A stretch of 64,000 nt of DNA from an uncultured Elusimicrobiaceae bacterium. Lineage in GTDB: Bacteria > Elusimicrobiota > Elusimicrobia > Elusimicrobiales > UBA9959. This document shows positions 27,788 through 35,703 of this stretch, one piece after another. The notes below the pieces were generated by a model. It made no database searches and was not told the origin of the DNA. It worked only from the letters and a program-made list of their open reading frames with translations. The DNA lies in NCBI GenBank assembly GCA_964415175.1, contig CAYPYG010000002.1:9617-73616 (forward strand), written 5' to 3'. Positions within the stretch are counted from its first letter, which is position 1; every line of letters begins with the position of its first letter. Position numbers and translations under genes: made by a program.

Positions 27788-28660
27788 ATGAGGCAGGCAC
27801 TTGGAAAGGGCATAGACGCGCTTATCGCCAGGGTGGAGAATAATGAGGCGAAGAACGGGGTGCTTCAGAAAATACCCGTAGAGCGCATAGAACCCAACCC
27901 GGAGCAGCCCCGCAAGGTATTCCACGACAGTTCTCTCGCCGAACTGGCCCAGTCCATAGCCAGGCACGGCCTCACCCAACCGATAGTGGTCAGGCGCGAC
28001 GCCAAACGGGAATGCTATGTCCTCGTGGCCGGCGAGCGCCGCTGGCGCGCCTCCAAGCTGGCGGGCCTCGCCGATATCGAGGCGATAGTGCACAAGGACC
28101 TAGACAGGCAGAGCGAGCTGACCAAGTCGCTGATAGAGAACATCCAGCGCGAGGACCTCAACCCCATCGACATGGCCCAGGCCTACCGCAAACTGATGGA
28201 CGAGTTCGGCATCACCCAGGGCGAGCTGGCCCAGTACTGCGGCAAATCCCGCTCTTCCGTGGCCAACACCCTCCGCCTCCTCGACCTCGACGAGGACATA
28301 CAGCGCACCATCCAGTCGGGCCGCATAAAGGAAGGCCATGCGCGCACCCTGATGTCCATAGCCGACAGGGAGAGCCGGCGGCGCGCCTACGAGCTGATGC
28401 TGACCGAGGACTGGACCGTCCGCCAGGCCGAGGACCACGCGCGCGGCCTGGAGGGCGCCGTGCGCCGGCCGCGCCGCGAAGCCGCCGGACGTCACAAGGT
28501 CAAGTCGCCCGAGGTGCAGGAGATGGAGAAGCAGCTCGAGAGCAGGCTGGGCAGCAAGGTGGAAATACATCACGGCGCGGAGGGGGAGAACGGAAGGATC
28601 GTGCTGCATTACTACTCGCTGGAAGATTTCGAAAGAATAACACAGATATTAAAAAAATGA
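27788..28660 (+). CDS. parB: chromosome partitioning protein ParB/Spo0J
   Basis: IEPNPEQPRK, LVAGERRWRA, and the HTH QGELAQYCGKSRSSVANTLRLL. Confidence 0.95.
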   Translation: MRQALGKGIDALIARVENNEAKNGVLQKIPVERIEPNPEQPRKVFHDSSLAELAQSIARHGLTQPIVVRRDAKRECYVLVAGERRWRASKLAGLADIEAIVHKDLDRQSELTKSLIENIQREDLNPIDMAQAYRKLMDEFGITQGELAQYCGKSRSSVANTLRLLDLDEDIQRTIQSGRIKEGHARTLMSIADRESRRRAYELMLTEDWTVRQAEDHARGLEGAVRRPRREAAGRHKVKSPEVQEMEKQLESRLGSKVEIHHGAEGENGRIVLHYYSLEDFERITQILKK

Positions 28661-29652
28661 CACTAAAGGAACTGACGGCGGTCCTGCTCCTCCTGGCCCC
28701 GGCGGCGGCGACGGCGGCCCAGGAGGAAACTCCCCAGGCCAAGCCCGCCGTCCCGTCGTACCGCTCCCAGGCCGGGGACATGTCCAGGTATTATCTCTAC
28801 GCCGACGGCGGCTTTCACGCCGACTGGTACGTGGGCTTCAACAACTGCTGGATAATCAAACTTCCGCCTATCGACACCGCCGGCTACGCCAGGTCCTTCA
28901 TCGGCGCCCGCCTGGGCCGGGCGAAGATCATGTCCCACCCGCTGGGCTGGGACCCCACTCCCATCCCGGGCAAGATCTACATGGGAATATCGCGCGTCCC
29001 GTCCTTCAGCGGGGAACAGACCTTTTTTCTCGTCGAGGCCGAGGACCTGCCGCGCGAGCCCCTGCCCAACGACTCGATAAACGGGGTGGATTCCGCGCAG
29101 TGGTTCTGGGCCTCGGTCCCGACGGCCCATATCTCCTCCGACGGCCCGAATTACCTCGCCATCTGGTCCAACTCGCGCTATTTCACCTCCGCTTCCAGCT
29201 CCCCCATAATAGCGGCCGCCCTGTCCGAAGCGTCGGACGAGGAATCCGCCTGGCTCAACCGCGGCATAAAGGGCGCTCCGCCCACCGGAGAGAACACGCT
29301 CGAAACGCCGCTGGCGGGCATAAAACCGGCCCTCGCGGTCAAACTGGTCCCGCCGAACGATTACAAGGTGCTGATCAGGGGGTTCATGGCCGAGGTGAAC
29401 CCCGGGAAAATAGCGGTCTCCTTCTCGGTGATAGGCGAGGACGTGCGCTCCGCCTGGGTGGAACTCTCCTACGACAAGTTCGAATGGCAGCGCATCACGC
29501 GCTACCTCTTCCGCCCGCCCTACCAGTTCACTCTGGACAGAGCGAACATGTCCTCCGACATGTTCTACCTCAGGGCGGCCGCCGTGGACTCGCTGGAGAA
29601 CACCGGTTATTCCAAGGAAATACTCATCCCGGCGCTGGCGGGGGGGAACTAG
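28657..29652 (+). CDS. secreted hypothetical protein
   Basis: Track ORF 28012..29652 trimmed to the ATGA overlap with parB. Signal peptide MTLKELTAVLLLLAPAAATAAQ. No family recognised. Confidence 0.7.
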   Translation: MTLKELTAVLLLLAPAAATAAQEETPQAKPAVPSYRSQAGDMSRYYLYADGGFHADWYVGFNNCWIIKLPPIDTAGYARSFIGARLGRAKIMSHPLGWDPTPIPGKIYMGISRVPSFSGEQTFFLVEAEDLPREPLPNDSINGVDSAQWFWASVPTAHISSDGPNYLAIWSNSRYFTSASSSPIIAAALSEASDEESAWLNRGIKGAPPTGENTLETPLAGIKPALAVKLVPPNDYKVLIRGFMAEVNPGKIAVSFSVIGEDVRSAWVELSYDKFEWQRITRYLFRPPYQFTLDRANMSSDMFYLRAAAVDSLENTGYSKEILIPALAGGN

Positions 29653-29653
29653 C

Positions 29654-30682
29654 GTGACCGCCCTCACGGTCGGCGTGGTCGGCGCCTCCGGCATGGTCGG
29701 AGGAGAACTGCTGGCGCTCCTGGAAAAAAGGCGTTTCCCCGTCGGGAAACTGCTCCCCTTCAACTCCGGCCGCAGGGAGGCTTTCGTGCGCTTCCGCGGG
29801 AAGACCTGCCGCTGCGCGGCGCCCTCCCTTCCGGCTCTGAAAGAATGCGGCCTGGTCTTTTTCGTCAGCACCGACGAGGTTTCGGCCCGCTTCGGCAAAA
29901 AACTCGCCGCCGCCGGGACCTGGTGCGTAGACGACTCCTCCCATTTCCGGCTGGACCCCTCGGTCCCGCTGGTGATACCCGAGGTCAACCCCGGCGGGCT
30001 CGACGGCCGCTCCCGGCTCATCGCCGGCCCCAACTGCACCATCACCGGCGCCGCCGTCTCCCTGGCGCGCGTCCATCGCCGCTTCGGGATAAAGGAACTG
30101 CGGCTGGCCACCTACCAGGCGGTCTCCGGGGCGGGAAAAAGCGCGATGGAACAGCTCAGGGCCGAGCTCGCCCATTGGCTCAAAAAAGGCCGCGTGCCGG
30201 ACCTGCCCGGCCGGGGGCTCCCTCACCCGATCGCCTTCAACGTCTTCCCGCAGGTCGGCGGCTTCGACGCGGAGGGGAATTCCTCGGAGGAGAACAAAGT
30301 CGCCGCGGAGATAAAAAAGATCTGGGGCGCCCCCGGGCTGCGGGTCAGCTGCACCGCCGCGCGGGTGCCCGTGCTGCGCGGCCACTCGCTGGCGATCTGG
30401 GCCCGCACCGGAAAGCCCTGGACGCTGAAAACCCTCGGCCGCGAAATAGCCGCCGCCGAGGGAGCGGAGCTCCGTACCGGCCGGACGGATTATCCCACGC
30501 CGCTCGTCGAGGGGAACAGGACCTTCAAAGTCTACGCCGGCCGGCTGCGCCGCTCGGGGACGCACCCGCGCGAATTCCAGCTCTGGGCCGTCTCGGACAA
30601 TCTCTACAAGGGAGCGGCCTGGAATTCGGTGCAGATAGCCGAAAAACTTCTGGCGGACGGGAAATTGGGGGGTTTAAAATAA
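29654..30682 (+). CDS. asd: aspartate-semialdehyde dehydrogenase
   Basis: GVVGASGMVG, active-site GPNCTI, YQAVSGAG. GTG start. Confidence 0.92.
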   Translation: MTALTVGVVGASGMVGGELLALLEKRRFPVGKLLPFNSGRREAFVRFRGKTCRCAAPSLPALKECGLVFFVSTDEVSARFGKKLAAAGTWCVDDSSHFRLDPSVPLVIPEVNPGGLDGRSRLIAGPNCTITGAAVSLARVHRRFGIKELRLATYQAVSGAGKSAMEQLRAELAHWLKKGRVPDLPGRGLPHPIAFNVFPQVGGFDAEGNSSEENKVAAEIKKIWGAPGLRVSCTAARVPVLRGHSLAIWARTGKPWTLKTLGREIAAAEGAELRTGRTDYPTPLVEGNRTFKVYAGRLRRSGTHPREFQLWAVSDNLYKGAAWNSVQIAEKLLADGKLGGLK

Positions 30683-30948
30683 AACATCTGACGCTCGCCG
30701 CGGCGCTGGTCCTTGCCTGCGCCTGCGGACGCAAACCGCAGGAACAGCCTCCCGCTCCGCGGGATCCCGGTTCTCCGGTCCCCTCCGTCGCCGTCTCCAC
30801 CGCGGCTCCCTCGGAGGATCCCCTCGCCGCGCCCGCCAACTACATAAAGCGCACCACCGACCAGGTCGGCAGGGCGAAGGCAGCGGCGGCCCTCTACGAG
30901 AATACCGCCGCCAGGCGGATGGACACCTCCGCCCTCGGAGGCGAATGA
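30679..30948 (+). CDS. small lipoprotein; start codon non-canonical or uncertain
   Basis: The frame reads (I)KHLTLAAALVLAC-ACGRKP... with a lipobox-like VLAC. There is no ATG/GTG/TTG between the asd stop and the lipobox. ATA at 30679 sits 6 nt after a GGGGGG run and overlaps the asd TAA (ATAA). Confidence 0.4.
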   Translation: MKHLTLAAALVLACACGRKPQEQPPAPRDPGSPVPSVAVSTAAPSEDPLAAPANYIKRTTDQVGRAKAAAALYENTAARRMDTSALGGE

Positions 30949-31607
30949 TGGGAGACCTCCTGGCCGGTCATGCGGAAAAGCTGATCATAGCGGCCGCCCT
31001 CGCGGCCTTCGCCTTCTCGGCCTGGTCCTCCCGGAAGCGCCGTAAGGACCTGGAGCGTTTCGCCCTCGCCAACGGCATGTCCTTCGACCCGTCGGCCTCG
31101 GCCGTGGCCGGCCTGCCCGGCGGAGGCGGAGGCCTTTTCGACCGCGGGAGGCACACCAGGAGGAACCTTATCGGGACGGCCGGCCCGGGCGGCGGGGAAA
31201 TGTACTTTTTCGACTACAGCCGCACCACCGGCAGCGGTAAGAACAGGCGGACCCGCCGCTACGCCGTCGCTATCCTCACCGGCGTCCCCGCCGGCATTCC
31301 GGCCTTCGAACTGAGGCCGGAGAACTTCCTGGACCGTTTCATAGAGCTGGCGGGGTTCAGGGACATAGACCTGCCCCAGTTCCCCGTTTTCTCCAGGAAC
31401 TACAGGCTTACCGGGGAGGACGCCGAAGGCCTGGCGCGGGTATTCTCCGCGGGGCCGGCGGCTCTCCTCGAAGGGCGCGGGGGACTTTTGATGAACGGCG
31501 GGGCGGGGCGCCTGACCCTGATGCGCAGCGGCTATGTCGGCGCGGCGGATTATCCCGGCTTCATCGAGGAAGCCAGGGCGGTGTTCACTTCTTTCCTTTC
31601 AAATTAG
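30945..31607 (+). CDS. membrane-anchored hypothetical protein
   Basis: 220-aa ORF with an ATGA overlap, an N-terminal TM segment and GC3-rich codons. Confidence 0.65.
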   Translation: MMGDLLAGHAEKLIIAAALAAFAFSAWSSRKRRKDLERFALANGMSFDPSASAVAGLPGGGGGLFDRGRHTRRNLIGTAGPGGGEMYFFDYSRTTGSGKNRRTRRYAVAILTGVPAGIPAFELRPENFLDRFIELAGFRDIDLPQFPVFSRNYRLTGEDAEGLARVFSAGPAALLEGRGGLLMNGGAGRLTLMRSGYVGAADYPGFIEEARAVFTSFLSN

Positions 31608-32628
31608 CCGAGGCCAGCTGGCCGCAGGCGCCGCGTATATCGCCGCCGAGGCTCTTGCGCACGGTGACGGAAGCCCCCAGCATCTCCAGGAAACCGGCGA
31701 AGGCCCTCACTTTTTCGCGCGCGGGCGCGCGGTACTTGCCGCCGGTCTCGTTGTAGGCTATCAGGTTTATCGTGAAATACTTCAGCGGCGCCACGGTCTT
31801 TATCCACTCGTAGAGCTGCCTGGCGTTCTTTTCCTCGGCGTTCACCCCTTCCATCAGCGCGTACTCTATGAAGATCTGCCGGCGCGTGACGCGCAGGTAT
31901 TCCTCCATCGCCTTGGCCAGCTTGCGCAGCGGGTAAAGCTTGTTCATCGGGACCAGCTTGTCGCGCACTTCCTCGTCGACGGTATGCAGCGAGACGGCGA
32001 GATTGACCTGCGGGAACTCCCGCGCGAAGCGCAGTATGCCCTGCGCGTGACCGGCGGTGGAGACCGAGATATGCCGCTGGCCGATGCCGAAATAGTCCGG
32101 GTCGGAGAGCTTCCTGAGGGCTTCCGACACCGCGTTGTAGTTCATGAAAGGCTCGCCCATGCCCATGAACACCACGCCGCCCACGCGGCGGCCGGGGCAC
32201 TCCTTGGCCAGGTATTGTCCCCAGAAAAGGACCTGGTCCGTTATCTCCCCGGGAGAGAGGTTGCGCTTGAGGCCCTTGCGGCCGGTGGCGCAGAAGGGAC
32301 AGCGCACGCCGCAGCCGACCTGCGTGGAAACGCAGACCGTCCATTTCTCCGCGGCCAGGTTCAGCAGCACGGACTCGACCACCTCGCCGTCCCTGAGGCG
32401 GAACGAGGCCTTGACCGCGTCGCCGGCCGCCGAGACCAGCACCTGCTCCGGCACGAGAGAAAGCGGGCGGAACCGGCGGGCCAGTTCCCCGCGCAGCGGG
32501 GCGGGCAGCGCCGTGATGGCGTCGAAACCCGGCGCGAACTTCTTATAGAAAGCCTCGCGTATCTGCTTGGCGCGGAAATGCGGCTCCCCTTTCTCTTTAA
32601 GCCAGGCCTCTATTTTGGTCAGTTCCAT
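31585..32628 (-). CDS. rlmN: 23S rRNA/tRNA adenine-C2 methyltransferase RlmN (radical SAM)
   Basis: FRAKQIREAFY, VCVSTQVGCGVRCPFCATG (CxxxCxxC), and C-terminal GGDIRGACGQL. Confidence 0.93.
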   Translation of the reverse strand: MELTKIEAWLKEKGEPHFRAKQIREAFYKKFAPGFDAITALPAPLRGELARRFRPLSLVPEQVLVSAAGDAVKASFRLRDGEVVESVLLNLAAEKWTVCVSTQVGCGVRCPFCATGRKGLKRNLSPGEITDQVLFWGQYLAKECPGRRVGGVVFMGMGEPFMNYNAVSEALRKLSDPDYFGIGQRHISVSTAGHAQGILRFAREFPQVNLAVSLHTVDEEVRDKLVPMNKLYPLRKLAKAMEEYLRVTRRQIFIEYALMEGVNAEEKNARQLYEWIKTVAPLKYFTINLIAYNETGGKYRAPAREKVRAFAGFLEMLGASVTVRKSLGGDIRGACGQLASANLKGKK

Positions 32629-32667
32629 GGGGTAAGTATATAAATTATCGGCGGCGGCCCGGAAAAT

Positions 32668-32692
32668 AAAAAAGCCCCTCGCGGGGCTTTTT
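32668..32692 (-). terminator. intrinsic terminator (bidirectional form) after the hydrolase gene
   Basis: AAAAAAGCCCC-TCGC-GGGGCTTTTT. Confidence 0.75.
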
Positions 32693-32709
32693 CACGGCCG
32701 CGGGCGGAC

Positions 32710-33801
32710 CTAGTTCTTGGCCGCCGGGTCCACTATCGGCACGGCCACGTACGGTTCGAACACGCGGATAGAGATCTCCTTCTCTATCGACTTCAGCACC
32801 GTGGAGAAGTCGCCGAGATAGGAGAAATGCCATTTCTTTATGTCGCGTATGCGCCAGAGGTCCTTCTTGGCCTCTTTGCGCAGCGGTTTGTTGTGCAGGA
32901 TGAGGTCGATGAGGGTCGGCTCCACGTTCTCCACGCCGCCGTCCACCCGCACATTGATGTCCGCCGGTCTTATCTCGTTCGAGTAGGGATCGCGGCCGGA
33001 CCAGATATTGCGCCACTGCAGGACATTGGCGGGATGGGAGGCCTTCTTCTCCAGGTCCTCTTTCTTTATGCCTATCTTTATGAAAAGGGCGACAACGGGA
33101 TTGGAAGGGACCAGCGGCGACCCCGTCGTTATCAGCCGGTCGATAACGATGTCGGGGCGGGTCCTGGAAAGACGGTGCAGCGTTTCGTGCATGAGCATGC
33201 TGCCCCAGCTGTGCGCCAGTATGTATATGGGGCGCCGGCCGCCGTATTCGGCGTGCACGGCGGCCAGCCTTTCCATGAAAACGGGAACGACCTGGTCCGT
33301 GTCGTCCGGATCGCGCGACCACTGGAAAGGGACCACCGTGACCCCGGCCGCGGCGCAGCCGGGATACTCGCGTATCCGCTGCTCCAGGTAATCGTCCGGC
33401 AGTTTTATCCTCTCCGAGAGCGGCTCCTCCCCGGCGTCGAGCATGAAATGTTCCGTGTTGAAAGCCTCGACCTCGCCGGCCAGGAGGGCCTCGTCCAGGG
33501 ACTTGCCGGGAAAGAAGCGGCGGATTATCCTAAGTATAAAACCCAGTTCCAGTTTCCCGGGGCCTATCTCGTCGAAACGCAGGCCGGCCACGGTGACGAC
33601 CACGGGCGCGGCGCTTTCCGAAGGCAGCGCGGCAGGCGGGTCGGCGGGACCGCACTTTTCGGGCAGCGTCAGTTCGCAGCCCCGCGGGTTGTCGAAGAAG
33701 TCCGGCCCGCAAGGCGCCGCGGCGGCGGGGGACTGGCAGAAGAAGGAGACCGACAGGACAAAACCTGCGATCTTTATCATAGGTTTCATGATGTTCGTCA
33801 T
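32710..33801 (-). CDS. secreted alpha/beta-hydrolase (lipase/esterase-like)
   Basis: Signal peptide, then YILAHSWGSML (GxSxG-type nucleophile elbow AHSWG). Confidence 0.7.
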   Translation of the reverse strand: MTNIMKPMIKIAGFVLSVSFFCQSPAAAAPCGPDFFDNPRGCELTLPEKCGPADPPAALPSESAAPVVVTVAGLRFDEIGPGKLELGFILRIIRRFFPGKSLDEALLAGEVEAFNTEHFMLDAGEEPLSERIKLPDDYLEQRIREYPGCAAAGVTVVPFQWSRDPDDTDQVVPVFMERLAAVHAEYGGRRPIYILAHSWGSMLMHETLHRLSRTRPDIVIDRLITTGSPLVPSNPVVALFIKIGIKKEDLEKKASHPANVLQWRNIWSGRDPYSNEIRPADINVRVDGGVENVEPTLIDLILHNKPLRKEAKKDLWRIRDIKKWHFSYLGDFSTVLKSIEKEISIRVFEPYVAVPIVDPAAKN

Positions 33802-33944
33802 AGCGCCTAAGATGGAATTTAAGGAAATTTATTGACGATAGTCAATAGGGGGAGGCCCGCGGCCCGCGCCGGAACCGGAAAGGAGGCGCCGACCCGGGAC
33901 GCCACCGCGGGCCCGATTTTAAGTATACTTTCCATTGAAAAAAT

Positions 33945-34204
33945 CAGAGGAAGGTGAGGCCCGCCCCATGGAGCGGCTTCCGGTGGAAGCCGCGTGCGGG
34001 CCGCAAGGCCGGAGCCGGTTCCCTGCGTAAGCGGAACCGGCGAGGTGAGGACCTGCGGTGCAGGTCCGCAAGGCCGCAGGCGATTCCCCGCGTAAGCGGA
34101 ATCGCCGAGGTGGGGTCGCGCAATCCCGCTATGCGGGCTATGCGTGACTGGCCGGAGAAAGCCGCTATCCCCGCAAGGCGAGGACAAGTGCGGCTTATCG
34201 GAGG
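33945..34204 (+). ncRNA. highly structured GC-rich leader / candidate cis-regulatory RNA upstream of the amgK-like gene (unclassified)
   Basis: Serial hairpins: 33973..33993 (9 bp), 33999..34010 (GCAA loop), 34015..34040 and 34081..34104 (paralogous, GUAA loops, with a compensatory G-C to A-U change), 34052..34080, 34125..34137 and 34159..34196. There are three GAGGTG(A/G)GG boxes. The SD GGAGG is at 34200..34204. Confidence 0.4.
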
Positions 34205-34209
34205 CGAAT

Positions 34210-35703
34210 ATGGCGGAACAGACTGGGACCGAAAAAAGAGAGACCCTGGCGGCGATCTCGGAGCAGAACCTCCGGACGCTGTACAAGAAGACCTTCGGCC
34301 TCGAGCCGGAAACCGCGGAACCGCTCAAGGGCGACGGCTCGGCCCGCACCCTAATCCGCCTGCGTTCCGCCGGCCGTTCGGTCATCGGCGCCATCGGCCC
34401 CGACAAACTGGAGAACGCCGCCTTCCTGGGATTCTCGCGGCACTTCCGAAAGGAAGGCTTCCCGGTGCCCGAGATCTACGCCGCGGACCCCGCCAACGGC
34501 GTCTACCTGGAAGAGGACCTGGGAGACACCACCCTTTTCGGCTTCCTGCAGAAAGAACGGAACGGCGCCGCCTTTCCCGAGAGCGTGAAGACGGAATACA
34601 AGAAGGCGCTCGACTGGCTGCCCAGGTTCCAGTTCAAGGCCAACAAGGGGCTCGATTATAAACTCTGCCATCCCCGCGGCGTCTTCGACCGCCAGTCGAT
34701 AATGTGGGACCTCAACTATTTCAAGTATTACTTCCTGCGGCTCTCCAAGGTCCCGTTCAACGAGCAGAAGCTGGAGGACGATTTCAAGGCCTTCACCGAT
34801 TTCCTGCTCGAGGCCGGCCACGACGGCTTCCTCTACCGCGACTTCCAGTCGCGCAACATAATGCTGCGCGACGGCGGGGCCTGGTTCATCGACTACCAGG
34901 GGGGCCGCAAAGGGCCGCCTCACTACGATATCGCCTCGCTGCTCTACGACGCCAAGGCCGACATCCCCCCGAAGGTCCGCCAGGAGCTGCTCGACCATTA
35001 CATCGACAGGGCCATGGAAGTCTCGAAAATGGACAGAGAGAAGTTCATGCGCCATTTCTACGGCTTCGTCTATGTCCGCATCATGCAGGCGCTGGGCGCC
35101 TACGGCCTGCGCGGCTTCTACGAGCGCAAGGAGCATTTCCTGCAGAGCGTGCCCTACGCCGTCAAGAACCTGGAATGGCTGCAGCGCAAAGCCGACCTGC
35201 CGGTCAAAGTGCCGGAACTCACCCGCATCTTCAAGGCGATGACCAATTCCTCCTACCTGCGCCAGTTCGGCAAGCCGAAACTGGGCCTGACCGCGCGCAT
35301 CATGAGCTTCTCCTACCGCAACGGCGTGCCCGGCGACGAGAAGGGCCACGGCGGAGGCTTCGTCTTCGACTGCCGCTGCCTCCCGAACCCCGGCCGCGAG
35401 GAGCGCTACATGCCGCTGACCGGCATGGACAAGCCGGTGCGCGAGTACATCGAGGGCCTGCCCGAGGCGAAGGAGTTCCTCTCGCACGTCTTCGCGCTGG
35501 TCGACGCCGCGATAGACAATTACCGCGCGCGCAACTTCACCGACCTGATGATCTCGTTCGGCTGCACCGGCGGCCGCCACCGCTCCGTCTGGTGCGCCGA
35601 GCGGCTGGCCGAGCATCTTAAAGCGACCGGCAAGGCCGAGACCGAGCTCAATCACCGGGAGCTGGAGCGCAAACCGACCGGCGGGACGGCGGCGGACAAA
35701 TGA
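34210..35703 (+). CDS. amgK: AmgK-like anomeric sugar kinase (APH-fold) fused to a RapZ C-terminal-like domain
   Basis: N-terminal ~340 aa: DFQSRNIMLRDGGAWFIDYQGGRKGPPHYDIASLLYD (APH/AmgK-type catalytic loop). C-terminal ~150 aa: FDCRCLPNP, LTGMDKPV, GCTGGRHRSV and HRELERK parallel E. coli RapZ FDVRFLPNP, MTGLDKPV, GCTGGKHRSV and HRTLEKRK. Confidence 0.8.
   Translation: MAEQTGTEKRETLAAISEQNLRTLYKKTFGLEPETAEPLKGDGSARTLIRLRSAGRSVIGAIGPDKLENAAFLGFSRHFRKEGFPVPEIYAADPANGVYLEEDLGDTTLFGFLQKERNGAAFPESVKTEYKKALDWLPRFQFKANKGLDYKLCHPRGVFDRQSIMWDLNYFKYYFLRLSKVPFNEQKLEDDFKAFTDFLLEAGHDGFLYRDFQSRNIMLRDGGAWFIDYQGGRKGPPHYDIASLLYDAKADIPPKVRQELLDHYIDRAMEVSKMDREKFMRHFYGFVYVRIMQALGAYGLRGFYERKEHFLQSVPYAVKNLEWLQRKADLPVKVPELTRIFKAMTNSSYLRQFGKPKLGLTARIMSFSYRNGVPGDEKGHGGGFVFDCRCLPNPGREERYMPLTGMDKPVREYIEGLPEAKEFLSHVFALVDAAIDNYRARNFTDLMISFGCTGGRHRSVWCAERLAEHLKATGKAETELNHRELERKPTGGTAADK

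Noticed and set aside
33968-34095. Small peptides MERLPVEAACGPQGRSRFPA* and (V)RTCGAGPQGRRRFPA*, each preceded by a GAGGTG SD-like box. These could be repeated leader peptides.
   Set aside because: The differences between the two DNA repeats are compensatory within hairpin stems (G-C to A-U), which fits RNA structure better than coding. The second peptide would need a GTG inside the SD-like box itself. Coding cannot be fully excluded without Ribo-seq.
33850-34205. Possible RNase P RNA (GACAAGTGCGGCTTATCGG resembles the P4 3' strand ACAGAACCCGGCTTATCGG) or a known riboswitch (glmS, ZTP because of GTGACTGGC, cobalamin, c-di-AMP).
   Set aside because: The partner GAGGAAAGTCCGGGC-type P4 5' strand and the other RNase P conserved regions are absent. 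The 3' CGCCTGGGC half of ZTP, the B12 box and the glmS core sequences are also missing. The region is kept only as an unclassified structured leader.
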